Shown: positions 1-10,516, counted from the first letter of the stretch. The stretch is 64,000 bases of DNA from an uncultured delta proteobacterium (GCA_963755715.1 CAVWLW010000059.1:192001-256000), one strand, 5' to 3'. Notes: generated by a model from the sequence alone, not told the origin. Program-made: numbers and translations.

Positions 1-59
1 TTTACGTAACACCATAAACACTTTGGGAAGGATATTCAGCCGCTCGAAAAGCAACGCGC

Positions 60-127
60 TGTCATCCCGAGCAAAGCGAGGGATCTCGCCCGAAGTCGAG
101 ATTCTTCGGCTGCGCCTCAGAATGACA
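60..127. repeat. TGTCAT...ATGACA palindromic REP-like element
   Basis: TGTCATCCCGAGC-AAAG-CGAGGGATCT...AGATTCTTCGGCTGCGCCTCAGAATGACA; related copies at 20726, 21909, 28481. Confidence 0.8.
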
Positions 128-148
128 TCCGAGCTGCGAGGAACCGTC

Positions 149-1126
149 ATGCAGAAAACCAGGTTGATTTTTCTCAGCACGATGATGGCTATGCTGATTC
201 TGGGATCGAATCCTACGAACGCCCAGCAACTCGTCCGCGTCGGCTACAGTGGCACTGGCGTCGCAAAGAATCTCCACAAAACCATCGACCGCGCCGGCAT
301 ATGGAAAAAGCGCGGGCTCGATGTCCGGCTCATCTACTTCACCAGCGGCGCCACCATGGCCCAAGCGATGGTCGGGGGCGATCTGGAAGTCGCCGACTCC
401 GACGTTCCGGCAATGTTGAATGCGGTATCGGCAGGCGCGCTGGACGGCAAACTGATCAGCGTCTACATCAATCGATTTCCCTTCGCCTTCGTCGTGCGCA
501 ATGAAATCAAAACGGCCGATGACTTAAAAGGTAAAAGGCTCGCCATCAGCCGCTTCGGCTCTTCGTCCGACGTGACGACACGGATGCTGCTCCGCCATTT
601 CAAGCTCGATCCCGACAAAGACGTGAAGATAATCCAGGCCGCCGGCACGACCCGTCTTCCAGCCATGGTCGCTGGCCAGCTCGACGGCACGCTGCTCGGC
701 ACCTACGATGTGCCGAGTCTTCTAGAATCCGGCTGCTGCCGTGTGCTCGTAGACATGCTGGAGATGCCGATCGACTACGCCCGCTTCGGCCAAGTCGTGC
801 CGACACAACTTCTAAAAACGAAGCGCGACCTATTGCTAAAATTTGCCGAGGGTTTGATCGAAGGCGTCTACGTTTTCAAAACCAACAAGGAGTTGGCCCT
901 GGCCGTTCTCAAAGCCGAAGGCATCAAAGGCTCGGAGTATAGCTACCCCCGCGTCGCCGCTGCCATGCGCGAACGCCCCATTCCCGAACCCAAAGGAGTC
1001 CAAGCCGTCATGGATTCCGTCAAAACCGCCAAGTCGAAAGTGGTGTTGGCCAAAGACGTCATGGACGGAAGCTTGATCGAAGAGATTGATAGGAGCGGAT
1101 ACATCGCGAAACTATATGGGAAGTAG
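149..1126 (+). CDS. ABC transporter substrate-binding protein, SsuA/NMT1-like
   Basis: Signal peptide MQKTRLIFL...NAQQ, 'DDLKGKRLAISRFGSSSD' motif; start moved to ATG149 (GAGGA RBS), upstream extension runs through the repeat. Confidence 0.9.
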   Translation: MQKTRLIFLSTMMAMLILGSNPTNAQQLVRVGYSGTGVAKNLHKTIDRAGIWKKRGLDVRLIYFTSGATMAQAMVGGDLEVADSDVPAMLNAVSAGALDGKLISVYINRFPFAFVVRNEIKTADDLKGKRLAISRFGSSSDVTTRMLLRHFKLDPDKDVKIIQAAGTTRLPAMVAGQLDGTLLGTYDVPSLLESGCCRVLVDMLEMPIDYARFGQVVPTQLLKTKRDLLLKFAEGLIEGVYVFKTNKELALAVLKAEGIKGSEYSYPRVAAAMRERPIPEPKGVQAVMDSVKTAKSKVVLAKDVMDGSLIEEIDRSGYIAKLYGK

Positions 1127-1211
1127 TCGTGCACTGACTTTCCAACCGAGAAAACAGCCGCATACATGGCTTGTCGGAGTCTCGCCGCCGACTCCCAGCC
1201 CGGAGCGCAAG

Positions 1212-1715
1212 ATGTTAATCCGCGCCGAAGAAGAGCGGGACTGGCCTTCGGTCTATGGTCTGAATGCAGCGGTCTTCGAAACACCGGCCGAAGCGGATCT
1301 CGTCGACGCGTTACGCCGAGAGACAAAGCCGATAATTTCCCTCGTCGCCGATGACGCCGGTGCGATTGACGGCCACATCATGTTTTCGCCGGTGTCATTG
1401 ATCGGACATCCCGGTCTCAAGATCATGGGCCTTGCGCCGATGGCCGTCGCTGCCAAGCGGCAGCGTAGCGGCATTGGCTCTTCGCTGGTCCGTGCCGGCC
1501 TTGAAGCGTGCAAAGAAATCGGCGCCGGCGCCGTTGTCGTCTTAGGCCATTCCGACTACTACCCTCGCTTCGGATTCACGGCTGCCGTGAATTTCGCTAT
1601 TGGCTGCGGATACGACGTGCCGGCAGAAGCGTTCATGGCGGTGGAGTTACGACCCGGCCATCTTCGCGACGTGTCGGGCACGGTCAAGTATCTCGCTGCT
1701 TTCGATAACTTGTGA
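1212..1715 (+). CDS. GNAT N-acetyltransferase (YhbS-like)
   Basis: LAPMAV..QRSGIGSSL acetyl-CoA motif and VVLGH..YYPRFGF; ATG1212 after GGAG. Confidence 0.9.
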   Translation: MLIRAEEERDWPSVYGLNAAVFETPAEADLVDALRRETKPIISLVADDAGAIDGHIMFSPVSLIGHPGLKIMGLAPMAVAAKRQRSGIGSSLVRAGLEACKEIGAGAVVVLGHSDYYPRFGFTAAVNFAIGCGYDVPAEAFMAVELRPGHLRDVSGTVKYLAAFDNL

Positions 1716-1856
1716 TGTTCGACGCGGCGATTCCATTGCCCCTTTGGAGAAGAAAAGCCCAGCTGAATCGCGGTCCCGAGTTTCTTTTTTTGTCGTTGAA
1801 GTTCGGTTACACTGGGCGAAGTAACTGATCGAGCATTTCAAGATGCGAGGTGCATC

Positions 1857-2096
1857 ATGTCAGAATCGGTGAATCTGTTGATGTTGGAGTTTCTTTCCTG
1901 GGTCTCCAGCCGGCGCCGAACATACAACGAAGCCATGGAAGCGTGGCAGAGCCATTGCCCGAGACAGACCATCTGGGAGGACGCGATGATCGACGGCTAT
2001 ATTGAACTCAACCGTCAGGGCACGGTTTCCGATCCCGAGGTGACTCTTACGCCCCTTGGCCGAGCCCATCTCAATGGCAACAACGGTCACTCCTGA
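1857..2096 (+). CDS. small hypothetical protein (possible winged-helix)
   Basis: GAGG RBS, 79 aa, 'WQSHCPRQTIWEDA' and terminal 'LTPLG'. Confidence 0.6.
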   Translation: MSESVNLLMLEFLSWVSSRRRTYNEAMEAWQSHCPRQTIWEDAMIDGYIELNRQGTVSDPEVTLTPLGRAHLNGNNGHS

Positions 2097-2197
2097 GACG
2101 CTGCGCTAGGCGCTGAAATTAACTAAACTCGACCTTCAACGAACTACCTCGCGTTTAAAATCCCTCTAAACAAACTGCGCCGGGCCGCTGAAAATCG

Positions 2198-3088
2198 ATG
2201 TCGACATCAACTTTGCTCTTTGGCGCGACATCGATCCTTGGCTTCAATATTGCCAGGCTGTTTCCTGAAACTGTATTGCCGTTCGCATCGCCTGGGAATC
2301 GCGCAACCTCGGTTCGGCAATGGCCCGCTCTAAAGCTCGCAGATCCTCTTTGGACCAGTACGCTTTTCAAAAGCTACCAACCCGACATCCTGCTCTACTG
2401 TCACGCTGTCTGCGACGTGCCGAAGTGCGAAGCGGCTCCGGATTGGGCCCGCGAGATCAATGTTGAACATGTGCGGCGGGTTCTTGCCGCATTGTCTCCG
2501 CGCACAAGGCTGGTTTACGTTTCCTCCGATCATGTCTTCGGCGGCGACGGCGTGTACGACGAAGCATCGTCACCCTGTCCCATCAGTATATACGGCCGAA
2601 CTCGCCTCGACGCGGAAGAACTGGTTTTAGCCCGATCCGATTCGCTGGTGATCCGCATCGGCCTGCCGATCGGCCCGTCCCCGAACGGACGCACCGGCCA
2701 CTGGGATTGGCTCCGTTATCGCATCCAGCACAATCTCCCGGTCACCATCGTCCATGATGAATATCGTTCGGTGGTTTGGGCAAACGATTTGGCAAGGCGC
2801 GTTATGCAACTGGCGGAAAGCACAGAGACAGGACTACGCCATGTGACGGCCACACGCGCAGCGTCGCGGGTGGAGCTGGCGAATTATTTGCTTTCTATAA
2901 TGGGGGAGACCACCGAGTATGCGCGCGAAAGCCGGCACCAGCGCGTCGCGCCGCATCTTGGCCGGGTAGAGTTGGCGACCACCTATCGCGGCGAATTATC
3001 CAGGCCACTACCAGGCGTGCTCGATGCAACGAGCGGTGCTGGCAGCTCGGGTTGGATCGACGACTGTCGAGAATCAGCTACTCAATAG
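2198..3088 (+). CDS. RmlD-like extended SDR / NAD(P)-dependent oxidoreductase
   Basis: GATSILG Rossmann loop, VSSDHVF, P.SIYGRT motifs as in dTDP-4-dehydrorhamnose reductases. Confidence 0.8.
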   Translation: MSTSTLLFGATSILGFNIARLFPETVLPFASPGNRATSVRQWPALKLADPLWTSTLFKSYQPDILLYCHAVCDVPKCEAAPDWAREINVEHVRRVLAALSPRTRLVYVSSDHVFGGDGVYDEASSPCPISIYGRTRLDAEELVLARSDSLVIRIGLPIGPSPNGRTGHWDWLRYRIQHNLPVTIVHDEYRSVVWANDLARRVMQLAESTETGLRHVTATRAASRVELANYLLSIMGETTEYARESRHQRVAPHLGRVELATTYRGELSRPLPGVLDATSGAGSSGWIDDCRESATQ

Positions 3089-3161
3089 ATAGAAGATGGT
3101 GAAACGACAAACCTTAAAGCCTTCAGTTTCTTTCAACCGAAACCTGCCTAATTAAGCGCGC

Positions 3162-4209
3162 CTAGCGCGGCGGCAGCGGGCCACCATCGGCGAGTTTTTT
3201 ATAAAGCGCGATGACTTCGGCATCGCGCGGTAGCTCGCGCACGGCCTTTTCCACTTCCTCACCGGTGAGCGGCGACGGCTCGCGGCCCATGAGCTTTTTA
3301 AAGTCCTGTTGAAAGCCGGGATCTTTAAAAGTCTTCGCCATCGCCTCGCGCAGTATCTTGACCAACTCGGGCGGTGTGCCCGGCGCCAGATGATGCGGCC
3401 AGCGCGGTACCTGGAAGGCGCGTAGCAGGTCGACGATTTTTCGCTCTTTATCGTTTTTGGCAAAGCTATCGATGTCGGGCAAAGCCGGTAGACGTGCATC
3501 AAATCTGCCCTTCGGATTGGAAATAGTCGCGTGAAACTGCACCTGATCGCCGAGATCCTTGAACACGCTATCGATGTTACCGCTGGTGCGCGCGTCGAGC
3601 TCGCCGTTATTGAACGCGACATCCATTTCCGGATCGTTGAAACCAACGATAAACCTGGGTTCCTTGAACTCGAGCATGAAAGCGAACATGCGCGCGGTCA
3701 CATAAACCGAATGACCGACAGAGTGAGCGCCAATGCGGATGCCCGACGCGCGCCTGACCTTATCCAAACTATCCAGGCCTGCCGCCTTGCGGGTGAAGAA
3801 AGCGTAGGGATTGCCGGTTTCGGTCGAGCCAATGTAAATAAATTTATCAATGTCATAATTGCTGCCGGGTAAGCCCAGGATTGGCCCGGGTATCATCGCG
3901 CCCGCTGAGCCGATCTTCAACCCGTCGGGTTTCGCGGTGTACATGTAATTGGCGCCCTTCCGGCCCGAGGCTCCGTCCATGAATTCCATGGTGATCGTCG
4001 GATTGCCCGGAATGTATTTTTTTAGATAAGGCATGAGCGCGCGCGACTGGAACTCGCCGGAGCCGCCCGGACCGCCGCCGCGCACGATGGTAATCGTCTT
4101 GCCAGCGTAGTAAAGCGTCTGGCCGAGACTAGCGCTGCGCCGCAGCGAATACCATGAAAAGCCCGCCGCAGAGCACCAAAACGAATCTTACTCTATGCCG
4201 ACTGCGCAT
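3162..4209 (-). CDS. Tripartite tricarboxylate transporter receptor (TctC/Bug), frameshift in signal peptide near 4135
   Basis: YYAGKTITIV..KYIPGNPTI..AKPDGL, PGTPPE motifs; ATG4209 with GAGG RBS is one base out of frame. Confidence 0.8.
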
Positions 4210-4465
4210 CGTTTCACCTCTCCAAACAAATCGGTCCCGTCCTTGAGCCACGACTGTTATGTCACACGCGTGAAATTTTCGTCAAGCCGGCGCCGGACGG
4301 TTTGCTAGCTGGCTCCGTGGAGGAATCCTTCGAGCGTAATCCAATCTTAATCAATAGACATAAGAGCACCGGAAAGCGAGGTATTTTCCGGGAATCGCAA
4401 GCTTAATCACCGCCAACTGCGTTAAAAATGCCGCGATCTCTCATCGGCGCCGCAATTTGGTGTCT

Positions 4466-4494
4466 TGGAATAAACCCACTGTGGGGCTAACATT
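4466..4494 (+). promoter_or_regulatory. putative sigma70 promoter of thiolase-like operon
   Basis: TTGGAA-17 nt-TAACAT ending about 10 nt before ATG4504 (near-leaderless). Confidence 0.35.
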
Positions 4495-4503
4495 GATTTA
4501 TCC

Positions 4504-6022
4504 ATGCAATCGGTCTACGTCGCCGGCGTCGGCATGACTAAATTCGGCAAGGATCCGCGCCCGCTGGCGGAGATTTTTTGCCAAGCGGCCAAGCTCGCGG
4601 TCGGCGCGGCCGAGCTCGACAAAATCGACGCCCTGTATATCGGCGTGTTGAATCCTGAAGAGTTTACCGGCGACAGTAACATCGCCTCTCTGATCGCTGA
4701 CGCGATCGGCTTAACCGGCATCCCTGCGCTGCGCATCGAAACCGCGTCTTCCGCCGGCGCCGCAGCGCTGATGGCCGGCTTTCAAGCAATCGCATCGGGC
4801 TATTATCGGCGCGTCTTGGTTCTGGGCGGCGAAAAGATGACTCATCTCACGACGAGCGCGGCCACCCGCATTCTCGCCGGCGTCATCGACAAACGCGAGC
4901 GCCAGTGCGGCGCGACGATGCCGGCACTGGCGGCGATGATGACGGAAAAGTACCGGCAAAAATCGCGCATCTCGGAGTCGCGGCTGAGCAACATGCTGTG
5001 CGGCGTGGCGCTGAAAAATCATGCCAACGGCGCGCATAATCCGCTGGCGCAGTTTCAGCGCGCGATCAAGCGCGAGGCCTACTTCGCCAGCAAATTTGTG
5101 GCGACGCCGCTGCGGCTCTACGACTGCGCGCCGATCACCGATGGCGCCGCCGGCGTCGTGCTCACCAGCGAAAAAACCGACGTGCTGCTTATCCGGAATT
5201 GGACAAGGGACCGGGACGCTGAGTCTGCAGGATCGAGAAGTTTTTACTTCCTTTCCCGCCACCAAGGTCGCCGCCGCGCGCGCTTATCGGATGGCGGACG
5301 TATCCGCGCAAAACATCGATTTCGCCGAGGTGCACGACGCTTTCACGCCCTTCGAGATCATCAGTACCGAGGATTTGGGATTTTTTCCGCCGGGGAAGGG
5401 CGGCGACGCGGTTCTCGACGGCAAAACTGCGCTCGCAGGGACGCTGCCGGTCAATCTCTCCGGCGGCTTGAAAGCGCGTGGTCACCCGGTCGGCGCCAGC
5501 GGCCTGGCGCAGGTGGTCGAGGTCGTCAAAACATTACGTGGCGAAACTTGGTCGAAACGCGAATTCAAACGCGGCCTGGCGCAAAGCACGGGCGGTCTCG
5601 GCACGAATAATTTCGTCACGATCTTGCAACGGACCGACGCCCCGGCGGTGCAAAATTTATGGCCGCTCGGCGGCTCGGAGAACGGCGCCAATCACAAAGC
5701 GGTTGCTGCGCCGCCGGTGCAGCAAGCCGACGAAGGCGTGATCGAAACTTTTACGATCCTTTACGTCACGCCGGACGGTTTTCTGCCGCCGCTCGCATTG
5801 GCGCTGATCCGAACACCGGAAGGGCGCCTGCTCATGGCCCAGGGCGAGGACGAAAGCCAATTGAAAATCGGCCAGGAAGTCTATCTCCGCCGGATCGATG
5901 GAGTTTGCCTGTTTACGGTCAAAGGCCAAATACAAAAAGTCCAAGACGCCTTCATGAAACTATTTCGGCGCAAGGCGGCGACGCCGGCGCCGAAAGACAA
6001 CCGGAAAGAAGCACCCAAGTGA
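4504..6022 (+). CDS. SCP2/thiolase-like protein fused to C-terminal OB-fold (DUF35-like); frameshift near 5190
   Basis: AGVGMTKFG, GGEKM, PITDGA in frame 1; EVHDAF, NLSGGL..GHPVGASG and 'GVIETFTILY..P.GF..P' in ORF 5021-6022. Confidence 0.8.
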
Positions 6023-6711
6023 TCCTCGAACGCGGCCCCAGTCGTGCCGAAAAGCGTTTTAAGTCGCTCATCAAACTTATTTTCGAAGAACTCAAGGACG
6101 CGATCGTCGCCGGCAAGCTCGCGCCCGGCGAGCGGCTCTTCGAAGCCAAGCTGGCCGCTTCGCTGAAAGTCGGTCCGGTGCTGGTCCGCGAAGCCTTGCG
6201 CGCGCTCGAAAGCGAAGGCTATGTCACCTTTCGCCCCGATAACGAAGTCGTGGTGAGCAAACCCACCCGCGAAGAGATCGAAGACTACTATGCGATTTCC
6301 GGCGCGCTCGAAGGGTTGGCCGCGCGGCTCGCGGTCGAACGAGCCACAGCGGAAGAAATCGGCCATCTTAGAGAATTGCACAGGGCGCTCAAAGAAGCGT
6401 GCCAGAAACGCGACTTGGTCCATTATTTCGATGCCAATAACCGTTTTCATCGCTTCATTGCCGAGATCGCCCGTAACGAGCGGTTGTATCGGCTGGTCGA
6501 TCAATTGCGCCAGGATATTCAAAAGACGCGCATCCTCGCGCTTCGTTCGCCACAGCGTGTCGACTATTCGATGCGCGAGCACGATCAAATCCTCGACGCT
6601 TTTTTGAAAAATAACGCCGCGCTCGCCGAGAGCACCATGGTGCGTCACCTAAAAAACCAGATGGAAACCCTACAAAAAACGCTCGAAACGACAAAAGGAG
6701 AAAAGCGATGA
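6019..6711 (+). CDS. GntR/FadR (FCD) transcriptional regulator
   Basis: I..GKLAPGERL.E..LA..L.V...VREAL..L HTH; FH and EH..I FCD motifs; GTG overlaps upstream TGA. Confidence 0.9.
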   Translation: MILERGPSRAEKRFKSLIKLIFEELKDAIVAGKLAPGERLFEAKLAASLKVGPVLVREALRALESEGYVTFRPDNEVVVSKPTREEIEDYYAISGALEGLAARLAVERATAEEIGHLRELHRALKEACQKRDLVHYFDANNRFHRFIAEIARNERLYRLVDQLRQDIQKTRILALRSPQRVDYSMREHDQILDAFLKNNAALAESTMVRHLKNQMETLQKTLETTKGEKR

Positions 6712-7166
6712 GCGATCGAGTGGAAACCAAGGCCCGCCCGCTGGGCATCAACCACGTCGTGCTTGAGGTCGGCGACCTGGACCAAGCGCTGGAGTTTTAC
6801 GGCGGCTTATTCGAGTTCAAGTTGCGCGGCAAAAGTGATCACAATATCTTCATCGATCTGGGCGATCAGTTTATCCAGCTCACCCTCGGCCGATCGCAAG
6901 CGCCCGACACCAAGCGCCATTTCGGTTTGGTCGTCGACGATCGTGAAGCGGTGCGCCAGGCGATGGAGCGGCGCGGCATAAAAAGCATCAACGACCGCAT
7001 GAACATTCTCGATCCCTGGGGCAACCGCATCGAGATCGTGCCCTACGACGATTGCCAATTCACCAAGGCGCCGCAGGTCCTTAAAGGCATGGGCGCGTCT
7101 CCCATCGCCAAAACCGCCAACGCCATCGAAGAGCTGAAAAAGAAGGGCATGGCACCGGCGGAATAG
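6708..7166 (+). CDS. VOC/glyoxalase family protein
   Basis: GINHVVLEV.DL, HFGLVV, DPWGNRIE. Confidence 0.85.
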   Translation: MSDRVETKARPLGINHVVLEVGDLDQALEFYGGLFEFKLRGKSDHNIFIDLGDQFIQLTLGRSQAPDTKRHFGLVVDDREAVRQAMERRGIKSINDRMNILDPWGNRIEIVPYDDCQFTKAPQVLKGMGASPIAKTANAIEELKKKGMAPAE

Positions 7167-7411
7167 TACGGACGTCGAAGAAATTTTTTCGCGGCATCTT
7201 TCAAGCCAATGCGCTGCGCGCTTCGCAGCACGATCATGCGCTGTCGCCTAAAATTCCCGCAGGCGATTTCACAAAGCTTCCCGTCTGTGGTTATACCGTT
7301 AGACGACTGAATAACGAGCATGACTCCAGGCTTTATCCGACTCTGTTTCTATTCCACCGCGCCAAGGACTTTTTCCCGCGAAATGAATTTTCTGCGCGAA
7401 GGCGCGCCGGC

Positions 7412-8326
7412 GTGAGCCAAACCGTCGCGGCGCCGCAGGCATTTTCCGCCTCGCCGTTTCGAATTTGGTTAGCGCTCAGCGCGGTTTATCTCATTTGGGG
7501 ATCGACCTATCTGGCGATCCGCTTTGCGGTCGAGACGATGCCGCCGTTTTTGTCCGCGGCGGCGCGCTTTATCGTGTCCGGCGCCTTCTTATATTCTTGG
7601 CGGCGCTTAGCCGGCGATCCAAAACCGAGCGGATTGGAACGGCGCAACGCGGCGGTCATCGGCATTTTTTTGCTCGTCGGCGGCAACGGCGGTGTCGTTT
7701 GGGCGGCGCAATTCATCCCGTCGAGCCTCGCCGCCCTGCTGGTCGCGACCGTGCCATTGTGGATGATTCTGATCGATGCCCTTCGGCCGCGCGGTGCGCG
7801 GCCGAGCTCAAGAGTTCTGACCGGCATCTTGATCGGTTTTTGCGGCGCCTTGCTGCTGATCGGTTGGAGCGCGGATCACGCGACTCCGGCCCATTTTTCC
7901 GGCGCGATCGCCGTCTTGATCGCATCCTTTTTTTGGGCCGTAGGCTCGATCTATGGCAAAACCGCTGCACTCCCGGCATCACCGCTGGTGACCACCGGCA
8001 TCGAGATGATCGCCGGCGGCATCGGTCAAATCGCCGCCGCGCTTTTCCTCGGTGAGTTCAACAGTCTAAAGCTGGATGGGATTTCGTGGCGCTCCGAGTT
8101 GGCGTGGCTCTATTTAACCGTCATCGGCCCGATTGCCTTCGTCTCTTACGCCTGGTTGCTTCGGGTAGCGCCGATTCCGCTGGTCGCGACCTATTCCTAC
8201 GTCAATCCTCTGGTCGCGATCCTGCTCGGTTATTTCCTCGGCAAAGAAATTCTGACGGCGCGTATTTTATTTGCGGCGAGCTTGATCATCGGCTCGGTGG
8301 TCCTGGTCAGCAGCCGTAAACGCTAG
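7412..8326 (+). CDS. EamA/DMT transporter (YedA-like)
   Basis: VYLIWGSTYLAIR, ten hydrophobic segments, YSYVNPLVA. Confidence 0.9.
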   Translation: MSQTVAAPQAFSASPFRIWLALSAVYLIWGSTYLAIRFAVETMPPFLSAAARFIVSGAFLYSWRRLAGDPKPSGLERRNAAVIGIFLLVGGNGGVVWAAQFIPSSLAALLVATVPLWMILIDALRPRGARPSSRVLTGILIGFCGALLLIGWSADHATPAHFSGAIAVLIASFFWAVGSIYGKTAALPASPLVTTGIEMIAGGIGQIAAALFLGEFNSLKLDGISWRSELAWLYLTVIGPIAFVSYAWLLRVAPIPLVATYSYVNPLVAILLGYFLGKEILTARILFAASLIIGSVVLVSSRKR

Positions 8327-8337
8327 CGCGGCCAATC

Positions 8338-8758
8338 TCATTGCTCGATGAATTCCGCAAGGGACGCCAGCGGTTGCACGTGATCGCAGACGATTTTGAC
8401 GATCGCTAACAAGGGCACTGCCATCAGCGCGCCGGGCACGCCCCAAAGCCAGCCCCAAAAGATCAGCCAGACGAAAAGCACGACGGGATTGAGCAGCAGC
8501 CGGTGGCCAATGACGAACGGCACGACAACATACTCTTCGAGCAGATTTAGAACCAGATAAGTTGCCGGCACGAGTAGGATCGCACTCAGACCGTCGAGCG
8601 CTACGGCGGCGACCAAGGTGACGACGCCGATGCCCACCAATGTTTTTTTTGGTGTCGCGATCGGCGTCGCCATGTTTTTTCTCAGCATGCCCAATCCGCT
8701 GCTCTGGGGCGTGATGGCGGGGTTGCTCCATTTTATTCCTTTTTTGGGCGCGATGGTG
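8338..8758 (-). pseudogene. AI-2E family transporter 3' remnant with an internal inversion
   Basis: Minus strand LNPVVLF..WGWLWGVPGALMAVPLL; the preceding [15 protein letters not shown] segment lies on the plus strand (8639-8758); 5' part absent. Confidence 0.8.
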
Positions 8759-8856
8759 CGAGTGCCCCGTCCGCGAATAATCAACGATTGAGTTTTCTTG
8801 CAGCTCAGCTCAGGCGATGTTAAAGAAGCTTTATTTGCTGGGAATGGAGCAGCGCC

Positions 8857-9462
8857 ATGGCTATCACGCTTTATCACGACACGCCGTCCTCCAACTCTGA
8901 TCGAGTCAAAATCGCCCTCGCGGAGAAGGGCCTGAGCTGGGAGGGCGTGCGGGTCCGCCTCGCCAACAAGGAGCAAAAAAAGGCGGATTTTTTGCGGCTC
9001 AATCCCTACGGCAAAATTCCCGTCCTCGTCGAGGACGGCAAGGTGTTGTTCGAATCGTGCATCATCAACGAATACCTCGACGAAAAGTATCCCAATCCGC
9101 CGCTGATGCCGAAAGATCCTTACCTGCGCGGCCGCGGCCGCGTCCTGGTGGACTACGCGCTGAATTTTGCGCATGAACCGTACTGGGCGCTGCGCGGCGA
9201 GATGCTCAAGCCCGAAGCGGCGCGCGATACCACGATCGTCGAACAAAAACGGCGAATCTTGGCGGATCTGCTTCTGTATCTGGAAGCCGCTTTGGGTGAC
9301 AAACTTTATTTTCTCGGCGATTTAAGTCTCACCGATATCGCGATCGTGCCGCGCTTTCTGCGCATGGAATCTTACGGCGCGCTGCCCTCGCCGTCCCTGC
9401 CTCGGCTCGGCGCGTGGCTTAAGCGGATGAAAGAACGGCCCTCGGTGCAGGGGATTCTCTAG
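8857..9462 (+). CDS. glutathione S-transferase family protein
   Basis: LNPYGKIPVL, LFES..I.EYLDEKYP, LSLTDI. Confidence 0.9.
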   Translation: MAITLYHDTPSSNSDRVKIALAEKGLSWEGVRVRLANKEQKKADFLRLNPYGKIPVLVEDGKVLFESCIINEYLDEKYPNPPLMPKDPYLRGRGRVLVDYALNFAHEPYWALRGEMLKPEAARDTTIVEQKRRILADLLLYLEAALGDKLYFLGDLSLTDIAIVPRFLRMESYGALPSPSLPRLGAWLKRMKERPSVQGIL

Positions 9463-9478
9463 CGGGCACCTGCCATCG

Positions 9479-10516
9479 CTATTTCAGAACTTCTTTCAGT
9501 TTCGCCACCACGGCCGGCGGCGTCGTGAACATGTTTTGAATCAACTGCTCGGTCTCTTCGCCCGCAATCGGCGCAATCTCTAAATTAGCTTTGCTGGCGT
9601 CGTGGAGATAGTCGGGATCTTTGACAGTTTGCAAAAAAGCTTTGCGCAAAGTCTGCACACGATCCTTCGGCGTGTTGGGGGGCAACGAATACCCATAGGT
9701 GACCTGGCTCGCCTGATGAATCCCGGTTTCGATCAGTTGGCGCGCCTCGGCGCTTTTGGCGAAGGCGATGGACAGCGGCACTTTGGGCAGCTCGGGATGC
9801 GCTTTGCCGTTACTCTGCAGCAGGATGACCACTTGCCCCGATTCGATCGCTTTACGCCAGGTCGCGCGCACCGAAACCCACGAGAATCCACACAGCCCAT
9901 CGATTTCGCCGGATTCAACGGCGACGCGAATATCCGCCGTGCCCTTGTAGCCGGTAATTAAGCGCATCGGTAAATTGATCGCCTCCTTGAGAATTTTTGC
10001 GGTATCGTCGGTCGTCGCTCCGGGCGCGCTGCCGCCCAAACGCATCGGCGTCTTGGCGGCGAGCCATTGCTCCGCGTTGGCGATGCCGGTCTTTTGATTG
10101 AGTACACAGAGGTCGTGGTTGTAGCCCGGCGCGCCCACCCATTCCATCTTGCGCGGGTCAAAGCTAACGCCTTGCCCACCGACTAATTGACCGAGGATCT
10201 GGTTGCCGTTGAAAGCGCCGATGGTCAATCCGTCGGCCTTGGCCACCCGATAAATATAATTGGCCGAAATTAAACTGCCCGCGCCGGGCATGTTTTCGAC
10301 GATGATCGTCGGATTGCCGGGTATATATTTGCCCATGTATCGCGATAACGAGCGGGCATAGGTGTCGAAGCCGCCGCCGGCGGAAAATCCGACGATGATG
10401 CGAATCACTTTGCCGCTGTAAAATTCCTGATTGGCCGTCGCGCCATAAACACCCGTTGGCGCAGACAGCGCCAATCCTAAAGTAAGGCCGATTCCAGTCA
10501 AGAATTTTTGCCGCAT
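9479..10516 (-). CDS. TctC/Bug receptor protein
   Basis: FYSGKVIRIIVGFSAGGGFDTYAR, ENMPGAG, GYKGTA. Confidence 0.9.
   Translation of the reverse strand: MRQKFLTGIGLTLGLALSAPTGVYGATANQEFYSGKVIRIIVGFSAGGGFDTYARSLSRYMGKYIPGNPTIIVENMPGAGSLISANYIYRVAKADGLTIGAFNGNQILGQLVGGQGVSFDPRKMEWVGAPGYNHDLCVLNQKTGIANAEQWLAAKTPMRLGGSAPGATTDDTAKILKEAINLPMRLITGYKGTADIRVAVESGEIDGLCGFSWVSVRATWRKAIESGQVVILLQSNGKAHPELPKVPLSIAFAKSAEARQLIETGIHQASQVTYGYSLPPNTPKDRVQTLRKAFLQTVKDPDYLHDASKANLEIAPIAGEETEQLIQNMFTTPPAVVAKLKEVLK

Noticed and set aside
23-148. N-terminal extension of first ORF
   Set aside because: Reads through a palindromic repeat; real start with RBS is 149
1748-1792. Possible terminator after GNAT
   Set aside because: T-run present but stem pairing is weak
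5659-6018. Long N-terminal extension of GntR
   Set aside because: Overlaps the thiolase OB domain in another frame; GTG6019 is the coupled start
7300-7330. Fluoride riboswitch-like ATGACTCC
   Set aside because: Upstream GATGGAG partner and P1 stem are absent
8338-9246. 302-aa minus-strand ORF as a real gene
   Set aside because: Chimera of antisense GST, the inverted segment and the AI-2E tail
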